In this document: piece after piece, positions 1 to 7,664 of the stretch
Position numbering within the stretch: the first letter of the stretch is position 1
Layout: each line of letters opens with the position of its first letter
NCBI GenBank assembly: GCA_002688395.1
Contig: NZCU01000014.1
Span: 1-34,226, forward strand
Origin: Nanobdellota archaeon
Lineage (GTDB): Archaea > Nanobdellota > Nanobdellia > SCGC-AAA011-G17 > ARS1403
DNA: 34,226 nt
Reading direction: 5' to 3'
Notes under the pieces: model-generated
Told to the model about the DNA's origin: nothing
The model's input: the letters and a program-made list of their open reading frames with translations, nothing else
Database searches by the model: none
Translations under genes and position numbers: made by a program

Positions 1-93
1 GGATTAAAATATACAACACCTGTTTCGATTTATTATCCTGAAAGTAGAGAATATAAAATTGGTAAATTAGTCATAACTGCGGACATAAATTAA
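1..93 (+). CDS. 3' end of an upstream ORF (partial, runs off the window start)
   Basis: Frame 1 is open from base 1 to TAA at 91-93 (ends ...GKLVITADIN). It lies directly upstream of the pilin-like gene. Thirty residues are too few to assign a domain. Confidence 0.3.
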   Translation, partial: GLKYTTPVSIYYPESREYKIGKLVITADIN

Positions 94-94
94 A

Positions 95-559
95 ATGAAA
101 AAAAGAGGGCAAGCAGAAATATTTGGATTGATTATTATAGTTATTTTATTGATATTTGCTTTGTTATTTTTTGTTAAAACAAGACAAGATGATAGTTCTA
201 ATCTTACTATTAGAAGTAATTTAAGAGCTAATAATTTGTTAAATGCTATTATGAATTATCATGTTGGAGATGATAATATGAAAGAATTATTAAAAGAATG
301 TGTTAAAACTGGAGATCCAACTTCTCCGAAATGTGTTGGTACTAATGGTGTTGAAACAAAATTAATTGGTATTTTTGATAGTGAGGTTTTGTTGGAAGTT
401 GAAAATTATGAATTTAAAGGTTCTAAGGGAGATCTTAATGATCCAGTAAATCCAATAATACATTTACCTGCTAGCCCATGTGATACTGGAATAACTGCAA
501 GTCCTTTTAGATTACCAGGAAGGTATACTTTTGAATTAAAATTATGTTTTAGAGAATAA
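95..559 (+). CDS. Small secreted protein with class III (archaeal type IV pilin-like) signal peptide
   Basis: The N-terminus MKKRGQAEIFGLIIIVILLIFALLFFV has a basic n-region, then G-Q, then a long hydrophobic helix. This matches the KGQxxxE/hydrophobic class III signal-peptide pattern cleaved by prepilin peptidases. The mature part has 4 Cys. Confidence 0.7.
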   Translation: MKKRGQAEIFGLIIIVILLIFALLFFVKTRQDDSSNLTIRSNLRANNLLNAIMNYHVGDDNMKELLKECVKTGDPTSPKCVGTNGVETKLIGIFDSEVLLEVENYEFKGSKGDLNDPVNPIIHLPASPCDTGITASPFRLPGRYTFELKLCFRE

Positions 560-564
560 TTCTT

Positions 565-593
565 CTTACTAAGTAAGTAACTAAGTAACTAAG
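565..593. repeat. Palindrome plus short tandem repeat just upstream of a TATA-like box
   Basis: CTTACT-A-AGTAAG palindrome at 565-577, followed by AGTAACTA twice in tandem (576-583, 584-591). A TATA-like CTTTATATATC follows at about 597-607. Confidence 0.6.
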
Positions 594-629
594 AAAACTT
601 TATATATCAAAACACATGTTTAAAAATAT

Positions 630-755
630 ATGAAAAAGTACCTTCTTTTGATAGAGGATGAGAAATTATGGGTGAAATTTAAATCTGCTATTGATAAAGA
701 CCTTAATACCGAAATTATAGATCTTATTAAGAAGAAGGTAAGAGGGAGTAAATGA
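630..755 (+). CDS. Small ribbon-helix-helix (CopG/Arc-like) protein, 41 aa; below the ORF-track size cutoff
   Basis: Manual translation gives MKKYLLLIEDEKLWVKFKSAIDKDLNTEIIDLIKKKVRGSK, which has a beta-strand / helix / helix RHH-like pattern. Its TGA overlaps the next gene's ATG (ATGA at 752-755). Confidence 0.45.
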   Translation: MKKYLLLIEDEKLWVKFKSAIDKDLNTEIIDLIKKKVRGSK

Positions 756-2707
756 ATAATAAAGGCCAAGTTACAATATTTATTATTTTAGGAATTATAA
801 TTGTAATAGCTGCTTTAACTGCTAGTTTCTTGAGGGATCAATCTCTTACAGATATAGTACAAGGAATTGCTTTTAGAAGTGTTGTTGTACCTGAACAAGC
901 TCAAGGTGTTGTTAATTATGTAAATAATTGTATAGAAGATATTACTAAAGAAGGTATAGATATTATGGGGTTACAAGGAGGATATATAACAATTCCTAGA
1001 GAAATAGATGTTAATCCTAGAGCTTATTTACCTTTTACTGATAATATAAAAATTCCTTATTGGATATATGGTCAAAATATTAGAAATATTCCAGATATAA
1101 ATGATATGGAAAGAGATTTAGAGAATTTTATTGAGACTAGATTTGATGAGGATTGTGGGTTGGGAGTTTATGATGATCTTGGTTATGATGTTCCTAGTGG
1201 AAGTATAAGTGTGGATGTTGTAATTGGAGTAGAAACTGTGGATGTACGTTTAAGTTCTGGATTAAAAGTTGGTATAAAAGAAGATGAATATAATTTAGAT
1301 GAGTTTATTTTTGTTTCTTTATCAAGTAGGCTTAGTGAATTTTATGAGATGGCTATTGAGATTGTTAATAGAGAGACTAGAAGTATTGATGGGAAAGTCG
1401 CTCCTTTAGAATTTAATACTATGAATATGATTGCTTTATGGTCAAGAGATGAAGATGTAATTCCTTCCATTTCTAAATTTGATTTTAGTTGTAAACCTGC
1501 TACTTATTTTTTAACTGATGTTGCTAATGAGTTATCTAGAAGAATAAGTGATATGACTTCTCGTTTACAAATTGATGGAACTAATTTACAAACATTTGAT
1601 GATGCATTTTATGATAGTATGTTGATGGAGGATGTTTTTACTAGAGATCATGGTGATGTAGATTTACAATTTAATTTCTATGAAGGATGGCCATTTCTTT
1701 TAGATATTACTCCGAGGAATGGGCCTATATTGAAATCTAGTGTTTTGAAAATTGGTTTACCTTTATTACCTAAAATCTGTTTCAATAGTCATGATTTTAG
1801 ATATGATTTAGTTTATCCTGTTACTATTGATTTAGAAGCAGATGGGGAATTATTTAGATTCCCAATTGAAATTTTTATAGATAGTAATTATGGTAGGAGA
1901 AATTTATTTGGAAGAGAAACTAGATTACACACTCCTAGTAAATTTTGTGAAGAAACTCAAAAAATAAGTGAAGAAATTGTTGTGAAGGCTTTTGATAATT
2001 CTGATGGAGAAGAATTAGAAGATGTTAGAGTATTGTATACATGTGGATTAAATGAGTGTGTAATGGGGAATATTGGAGAGAATGATTTAGGAGTACTTGA
2101 ATATAGAAGTAGATTCCCTAATTGTGTTGGTGGAGAAGTGCAGTTAACAAAAGAAGGATATGGTATTTTTAGAGAGAGTTTGGATACTTTAGAATCTGGA
2201 GCACAAAGTATTTCTGCTGTAATGGAACCATTTAGAGAATTAAAGTTGGATTTTAATGTTGTTGAATTGGATAGTAATGATGGGATATTGGGAAATAGAG
2301 ATGTGAAATCAAGTGAGAATGTTATTTTACAATTAAATAGAATAAATGAAGATTTTGGTGGATTTGATGAAACTATTGTTATTAATTTTAATTATTTAGA
2401 TGATGTTAGTTTATCTTTAGTACCTGGAAGATATAATGTTGTTATTGATTTAGTTTTAACTGAGGAAACTTTGTTACAAGGACAAAATATTAATGGATTA
2501 GATGTTGAGTCTCAAACTGTTGATAATTTAGTTTTAGGTCATGCTGAATTTGAACATGATATAACTAATGGAGATTTATTAAATGAAAATATTAAATTTA
2601 ATATATTTGGAATCCAACCTTTATTGGTTGAAGATATTTTAAGAGGATATGAGATGAGTGAAATAGTTGAAAGAAATAGAGAGGTGCTAGATCTTGAGTT
2701 CAGCTAA
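752..2707 (+). CDS. Large (651 aa) protein with class III / pilin-like signal peptide
   Basis: The N-terminus MNNKGQVTIFIILGIIIVIAALTASF shows the same KGQ + hydrophobic helix motif as 95-559. An SD-like GGGAG lies upstream. The remainder is soluble and acidic with scattered Cys. Confidence 0.65.
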   Translation: MNNKGQVTIFIILGIIIVIAALTASFLRDQSLTDIVQGIAFRSVVVPEQAQGVVNYVNNCIEDITKEGIDIMGLQGGYITIPREIDVNPRAYLPFTDNIKIPYWIYGQNIRNIPDINDMERDLENFIETRFDEDCGLGVYDDLGYDVPSGSISVDVVIGVETVDVRLSSGLKVGIKEDEYNLDEFIFVSLSSRLSEFYEMAIEIVNRETRSIDGKVAPLEFNTMNMIALWSRDEDVIPSISKFDFSCKPATYFLTDVANELSRRISDMTSRLQIDGTNLQTFDDAFYDSMLMEDVFTRDHGDVDLQFNFYEGWPFLLDITPRNGPILKSSVLKIGLPLLPKICFNSHDFRYDLVYPVTIDLEADGELFRFPIEIFIDSNYGRRNLFGRETRLHTPSKFCEETQKISEEIVVKAFDNSDGEELEDVRVLYTCGLNECVMGNIGENDLGVLEYRSRFPNCVGGEVQLTKEGYGIFRESLDTLESGAQSISAVMEPFRELKLDFNVVELDSNDGILGNRDVKSSENVILQLNRINEDFGGFDETIVINFNYLDDVSLSLVPGRYNVVIDLVLTEETLLQGQNINGLDVESQTVDNLVLGHAEFEHDITNGDLLNENIKFNIFGIQPLLVEDILRGYEMSEIVERNREVLDLEFS

Positions 2708-5700
2708 AAAATTATTAATATTAATTTTACTTGTAATGATTTTGCCCATTGTTCATTCTCAATCTTCTGACTCTGTTATTAGTGGAAGTACTGCTGGAGG
2801 TACAGCAGATGCTTTTGCTGGATCTGCTTATGATAATGATGGAGATGGAGTTTGTAATGAAGGTAGAGATTTTTATAGAGATAGAAATATTAATTCATTT
2901 GATACTGGTTGTACTATTCCTGCTGTAAGAGATTTTTGTCCTGGCACACCTTCTGATGAAACTGCACATAGAAGTGGAGATAGGGCTGGATGTAGTGACA
3001 ATCAATTAACTGGATTTCAAAATTATTGGACTCTTAAAATAGAAAAAGATAAGATAAGACCTAAAACTGTTAAAACTAATTGGTTAGTTGATCAAAGACA
3101 AGGAATTAGAGTTTATCAACCCATTACTTTCCTTCAAAATGATGCTTTCTTAAATGATGATGAAAAAATAAATTATAGAGGTGTTAGTGTTAGATGTGAT
3201 AGTGGAAGAGGTGTTGTGAGAACTGAAGGTCTTAGAGATGTTGAAACTTCTGATGTTGATTTTAGTAGAGAAACAGGTGGTGGGAGAGTAGATGTTAGTT
3301 CTGCTAGGACTGGAGTTGTTTATATTGAAGAGAGCTATGGAAGTGTTTCTGTTTCTGATATTAATAGAACTGATTTAAATGCTGATTTGGTTATAAGATT
3401 GAGGCAACAAGCTGAAGAATTAGTAAGACCTAAAGATGTTAGAAATTATAGAGGGGATTTTGGTATTGATGAAATTGAATTTGAATGTACTGCTACAATT
3501 AATCAATGTAGAACAAGAATAGAAGTAGTAGATGGACAAAGAGTTGAGCAAGAAGGATGTAGTCCTATTTTTCCTCCTGAAACAGATGAATTTTTACTTG
3601 TTGTTCCATTAGATAGTGTAGCGATACAAGCACCTGAAGTATTTTTAGATGCAGGAATTGCTACAGCAACAGCAATTCTTAGTGTTACGAATGATGTAAA
3701 ACCTAAGTTAAGAGATTTATATGGATTTCTTAGAAATAATTGCTTAAGAGCTATTGGTATTGTTTTCACAAGTAAACTTTTTAGTGTTGTTCCTGGTGCA
3801 AATGAACTTGCTGATTTTATTTGGTTTGGACCTAAAAAATTACAAAACCTTGGGATATTTTATGAAGGTAGTTTTATTGTAAGTGGGAGATCTATGTGTG
3901 CTGCTACTGCTTGTCCTAGAGATTGGTGTAGACCTTTGAATTGGCATCCTGGTGGAAAAGAGAGTGGGAGTAAAAGCTTAGCTGATCTTACTTCAACTTA
4001 TAATGATAAAGGTGAAGTTGTAAGCACACAACCTATTCAGAATAGTTTAATATTAAGTACTGCTTGTGGATGTGTTAGTGGTATTTTGGCTAAAGTTTAT
4101 GAGATAGAAGCTATTGCAATAAATTGGAGAACTTGTATGCTTAGAGCGAAAGATTCTAATGAATTTATAGGGGAATGTGATAGATATCTTAAGGAAGGAA
4201 TATGTGAATTTGTTATTAGAGAGGTTGGCACTTTTGATAATTTTGATTTAGGATTGTTTAGTAGATTTAAAGATAAAGGAGGAGGAGGAGAAACTACAGA
4301 CCCACTTATAGAAGCAACTCAAGCTAAAGGTGCATTGGATAGACCTAAAGGTGCTTTTGGAGATGCAATTAGTAAAGGAAAGAAAAAATCAGAAGATTTT
4401 GCAAAAGATGAACTTGAAGTTATTGGTAGTTCTGGTGCTAAAGGTATTTTAGGATATAAGGATCATGCTTTGGCTAGAACATTTTGTTCTTTAGCTGTCT
4501 ATAAAGAGCTACCTGATTTGAGTACGTTACAATCTTATGATTTGAATAGGATAAGTATAGAGAGTACTACTACTTCTAATTGGGATATTAAAGAAGCTTA
4601 CAAAGGAGAAGGAGGAAGAAGTGTTTGGGGATATGAGATTAGTTGGATGATTGTTGCTGGTAAGGAAAATTTAAGATATAATGTTTATTTAGAAAGTGCT
4701 GGAGGTGCTAGAAGACAATTACATACAGATGTTTTACCTAATGTTGGAGATTTTGATTCTGACTTTGTTGAAATTACAGATAGTATTGAATATACAAATC
4801 TTTGCTTTGATTTGAGAGGAGATGCAAGAAGAATAAGATGTTTCCCTGCTGGAAGTGGTAGTCAAGGAGGATTATTAGAAGAATTTGGATTTGGTGGAGG
4901 GATTAATGATAGAGATAAAGATAGATTACCTGATGAATGGGAAGTTAGATTTAATTGTGATTCAAGTAGGACTAAATTTAATACTCCTGAAGATGAAAGA
5001 GCTTGTAAAGAATTATTATCTAATAGTGTGGATAATAGATTAGACCCTGATAATGACAATACAGATGGTGATAATACTAATGATGGAAGTGAAGATCCGG
5101 ATAATGACGGAATTAATAACTATCAAGAATATAGGACTAATGGCCATCCTAATGTTGCTTCTAGAACTGTAGATGGTAGCACTGTTCAGAGTAGTTGTAG
5201 GGCAGGATTTGATGATTTTGAAATTATTGGAGGGGATAATATTCCAAATATAAATTCTATATCTAAGAAATTTATTCCTGGTGAGACTTTAAGTGTTAGA
5301 TTAAATAATGTTAATATTGGAGAAGGGAATACTGTTAGTGAAAGAGATATTAAAGTTAGAGTGGATGTTAAAGGACCAAGATTATTTTCACTTGATCAAT
5401 TTGTAGATATCCCATTTAATCAAGCTTCTGTTAATAATAATCCTATTTGGAATATTCCTACTGGAAGAAATGCGCCTGATACTGAAGTTTATGAAGTAGT
5501 AGTTCAATTAGTTGTTCCTGGGAAATTTAACCTTAGAGAAGATGCATGTGTGGATTCGGGAGGAGTGTTAGCTGAAAAAACTAAGAAAATAATAATTTAT
5601 AATCCAAATAGTGGTAGTTGTATAGATAGTGATGAAGGGGTTAAGTTTAATGTTGCTGGTGCTTGTGTAGATAATACAGGAGTAGTTAGAGGAGATTCTT

Positions 5701-6308
5701 GCAATGGAAATGATCAAGTAAATGATTTCTTCTGTAATGGAAATAATATTTGTACTGTTAGAACTGGTAGTTGTAGTGGAGGTAATGTATGTAGGAATGG
5801 CGCTTGTGTTTCAGTAGTTGCTCAAAGCGTAAGTAGTGTAAGTAGTTCTGATGGTGGGGATACAACTGATGCTTCTATTTTAGATCAACAATTGGCAGCT
5901 GAGGATGAGATTGTGGTAGAGGAAATAGAACCTCTTCTTTTTGAATCGGAATTAGGAGACACTTTGTTAGTAGAACCAAGAGAATTGAGTGGTCTTTTAG
6001 ATTTGTCTTCTTCTGATTTTGTATCTTCTGCTGTGTCTGATAGAGAAGTTGCAGAAATGGAAATTACAACATATCTTAGTTGTCCTACACAAGATATTGT
6101 TTTCTTTTTAACAAAAGAAAGATCTGAGTCTGTTATGGACTTTATTGGTTTTAGGTGGAGAGGTGATGCTTGGTATATGAGTGTTTTGTATTTAAACGAC
6201 CGAGGAGAAGCTCTAGCATGCAATTCTAGAACTTCATTCGGAGGTTTAGTTAGCGAAGAAGCACATATTAGAGCAAGAGAGCTATGTTCATGTGGAGAAC
6301 CGAGATAA
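2694..6308 (+). CDS. Giant (1204 aa) secreted Cys-rich protein with thrombospondin type-3-like Asp-rich calcium-binding repeats
   Basis: TTG start at 2694 preceded by GAGAGGTG. Sec-type signal peptide SSAKKLLILILLVMILPIVHSQSS. DxDxDG-type repeats are present (YDNDGDGVCNEG; DPDNDNTDGDNTNDGSEDPDNDGINNYQEY). There are many Cys and an internal hydrophobic stretch around aa 315-380. Confidence 0.7.
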   Translation: MSSAKKLLILILLVMILPIVHSQSSDSVISGSTAGGTADAFAGSAYDNDGDGVCNEGRDFYRDRNINSFDTGCTIPAVRDFCPGTPSDETAHRSGDRAGCSDNQLTGFQNYWTLKIEKDKIRPKTVKTNWLVDQRQGIRVYQPITFLQNDAFLNDDEKINYRGVSVRCDSGRGVVRTEGLRDVETSDVDFSRETGGGRVDVSSARTGVVYIEESYGSVSVSDINRTDLNADLVIRLRQQAEELVRPKDVRNYRGDFGIDEIEFECTATINQCRTRIEVVDGQRVEQEGCSPIFPPETDEFLLVVPLDSVAIQAPEVFLDAGIATATAILSVTNDVKPKLRDLYGFLRNNCLRAIGIVFTSKLFSVVPGANELADFIWFGPKKLQNLGIFYEGSFIVSGRSMCAATACPRDWCRPLNWHPGGKESGSKSLADLTSTYNDKGEVVSTQPIQNSLILSTACGCVSGILAKVYEIEAIAINWRTCMLRAKDSNEFIGECDRYLKEGICEFVIREVGTFDNFDLGLFSRFKDKGGGGETTDPLIEATQAKGALDRPKGAFGDAISKGKKKSEDFAKDELEVIGSSGAKGILGYKDHALARTFCSLAVYKELPDLSTLQSYDLNRISIESTTTSNWDIKEAYKGEGGRSVWGYEISWMIVAGKENLRYNVYLESAGGARRQLHTDVLPNVGDFDSDFVEITDSIEYTNLCFDLRGDARRIRCFPAGSGSQGGLLEEFGFGGGINDRDKDRLPDEWEVRFNCDSSRTKFNTPEDERACKELLSNSVDNRLDPDNDNTDGDNTNDGSEDPDNDGINNYQEYRTNGHPNVASRTVDGSTVQSSCRAGFDDFEIIGGDNIPNINSISKKFIPGETLSVRLNNVNIGEGNTVSERDIKVRVDVKGPRLFSLDQFVDIPFNQASVNNNPIWNIPTGRNAPDTEVYEVVVQLVVPGKFNLREDACVDSGGVLAEKTKKIIIYNPNSGSCIDSDEGVKFNVAGACVDNTGVVRGDSCNGNDQVNDFFCNGNNICTVRTGSCSGGNVCRNGACVSVVAQSVSSVSSSDGGDTTDASILDQQLAAEDEIVVEEIEPLLFESELGDTLLVEPRELSGLLDLSSSDFVSSAVSDREVAEMEITTYLSCPTQDIVFFLTKERSESVMDFIGFRWRGDAWYMSVLYLNDRGEALACNSRTSFGGLVSEEAHIRARELCSCGEPR

Positions 6309-7111
6309 TGGAGCTTTTTAAGAAGAGTTTTAGTTTGTTAATTAATAATAAACAAAAAGTTTTTACTAGTGTAGGTGTTGATTTTATATTTTATATTTTA
6401 GTTTTGTTATCTGGATTTTATTTTTTTAATAAATTTTCTGAAAAGTTTGAAATAATAAATAATAATATTAGTAGTGTTGTTTTGGCTGATGAAGAACTTT
6501 CACAAGGAGCTTTACTTAAATTAAATGCTGTCTCTACTGCTTTGACAGATATGTTGTTAATTGTTATTGGTTATTTTATTTTAGTTTTAATTTTATGGGG
6601 GATCTTTAATGGTGCTGTTTGGTTAATATGTAAAAATATTATTAAAAATAAGAAACCTTTTGATGGTTTTGATATAACTTTTTTATCAAGATATTATATA
6701 TTAAGTTTATTTTGGTTTTTGATAACTGGAATTCTTTTCTTTTCTTTTTATAATTATAATTCTTATGTTTTATCTTTGGGAAATATTGGAATTTTAATTG
6801 TTAATTTACCAATTTTATTAATATTATATTTTGGAACTATTTCTTTTTCTTTGTTTTTTGTAAATGGAAAAACTATTAAATCTTTTACGAATTGTTTTAA
6901 ATTAGGATTAAGTAAAGTTTCTTTTTTAATTGCTTTTGTTTTATTTATTTTAATATTTTATTTTTCTGAATTTATTTTATTATCTTTAGGGAAGTTAATA
7001 AATTCTAATGTTTTTTCTATTTTAGGTATTATTGCTTTCTTGTTAATTATGGTTTGGTTTAGAGTTTATTTATTATTACTTGTAGAAAAATATGCGGGAG
7101 ACAGGATTTGA
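6308..7111 (+). CDS. Polytopic integral membrane protein (about 6-7 TM), unknown function
   Basis: I prefer the ATG at 6308, which overlaps the upstream TAA (TAATG), over the track start at 6284. The sequence is very hydrophobic and Phe/Leu/Ile-rich. The last 18 nt, including the TGA, lie inside the convergent tRNA-Leu. Confidence 0.6.
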   Translation: MELFKKSFSLLINNKQKVFTSVGVDFIFYILVLLSGFYFFNKFSEKFEIINNNISSVVLADEELSQGALLKLNAVSTALTDMLLIVIGYFILVLILWGIFNGAVWLICKNIIKNKKPFDGFDITFLSRYYILSLFWFLITGILFFSFYNYNSYVLSLGNIGILIVNLPILLILYFGTISFSLFFVNGKTIKSFTNCFKLGLSKVSFLIAFVLFILIFYFSEFILLSLGKLINSNVFSILGIIAFLLIMVWFRVYLLLLVEKYAGDRI

Positions 7112-7218
7112 ACCTGCGTAGGCACTAAGCCATCAGGTGTCTTACAGAAACGTCCTAAGCTTAGTCTTCTAAAATACAATTTTAGAATCTGACCCGTTTT
7201 CCGCTCCGGCACTCCCGC
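7093..7218 (-). tRNA. tRNA-Leu(UAG), class II (long variable arm), with two introns
   Basis: Minus strand: acceptor GCGGGAG/CTCCCGC, T-arm GCAGG-TTCAAAT-CCTGT, 15-nt variable region with a GGC/GCC stem, discriminator A. Removing 7161-7188 (28 nt, position 30/31) and 7139-7153 (15 nt, canonical 37/38) gives a perfect anticodon stem UCAGG/CCUGA and loop CUUAGGA. The canonical intron folds as helix / 3-nt bulge GGA / 4-bp CUUA:UAAG / 3-nt bulge ACA. Confidence 0.8.
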
Positions 7219-7284
7219 TTAATAGAAGAAGAGATGAAGGTAATTTAAAAAAGTTTTTATATCATATTCAATTACATAAACAAT

Positions 7285-7548
7285 ATGGGTGCTTTAACAG
7301 AGATATTGGAGTTGTTAATAGGTTTTATTGTTCTTCCTAGGATTGTTCTTTTTGGTTGGATACTATTTGCTGCTTATTTTAATTTAAGCAGTCTTCTAAT
7401 AACTCTTGTAGCCCAAATTTTGATTCTTTTTGTCCTTGCACGTCTTTTCTTTAATTTTAGAAGACTTATTGCTTATGGATTGATAATTGCAGGATTGGGG
7501 AGTGTAGTAGATTTTTTAATTAGTCTCCTTGGATTTAGTTTAGTTTAA
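7285..7548 (+). CDS. Small membrane protein (about 3 TM), unknown function
   Basis: 87-aa hydrophobic ORF. A TATA-like TTTTTATAT lies about 30 nt upstream, in a promoter region shared divergently with tRNA-Leu. Confidence 0.45.
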   Translation: MGALTEILELLIGFIVLPRIVLFGWILFAAYFNLSSLLITLVAQILILFVLARLFFNFRRLIAYGLIIAGLGSVVDFLISLLGFSLV

Positions 7549-7582
7549 TTATTTTCTTTTAGAGTATTAAAGTATATACTAG

Positions 7583-7640
7583 AAAATATATATTACATTC
7601 AAATGACATACTTGCCAAGGGTGCGTGAGGCTTATAAACA
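7583..7640 (+). promoter_or_regulatory. Conserved upstream cassette, copy A (box1 GACATACTTGCCA, box2 CGTGAGG, TATA CTTATAAA)
   Basis: Near-identical to 30579-30636, which lies upstream of TnpB. The core is shared with 16621-16664, 19529-19574, 13827-13875 (minus strand) and 33013-33037. Confidence 0.7.
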
Positions 7641-7664
7641 AAAACCCTTTATAATTATTGTGTT

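Noticed and set aside
565-593. Short direct repeats that might be the edge of a CRISPR or other array.
   Set aside because: There are only two 8-nt units plus a palindrome, with no spacers. I saw nothing CRISPR-like anywhere in the window.
7093-7218. Reading the class II tRNA with a single canonical intron gives an anticodon loop TTCTAAA, that is a CUA (amber-suppressor) anticodon. That would fit neatly with the in-frame TAG in Alba.
   Set aside because: That reading leaves an A-C mismatch at 31:39 and no bulge-helix-bulge at the implied splice sites. The two-intron solution gives a perfect stem, a textbook BHB and a normal Leu UAG loop. TAG also behaves as a real stop elsewhere: GuaA ends at its canonical ...IEWE followed by TAG, and tfb ends with TAG.
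7591-7617. Cassette copies A/E contain TTCAAA(T/C) followed by ...TGCCA/CGCCA, which superficially resembles a tRNA T-loop plus a CCA-ending acceptor strand (a possible split-tRNA half or tRNA-derived element).
   Set aside because: No complementary T-stem flanks the TTCAAAT, and no acceptor or D-arm partner sequence could be found.
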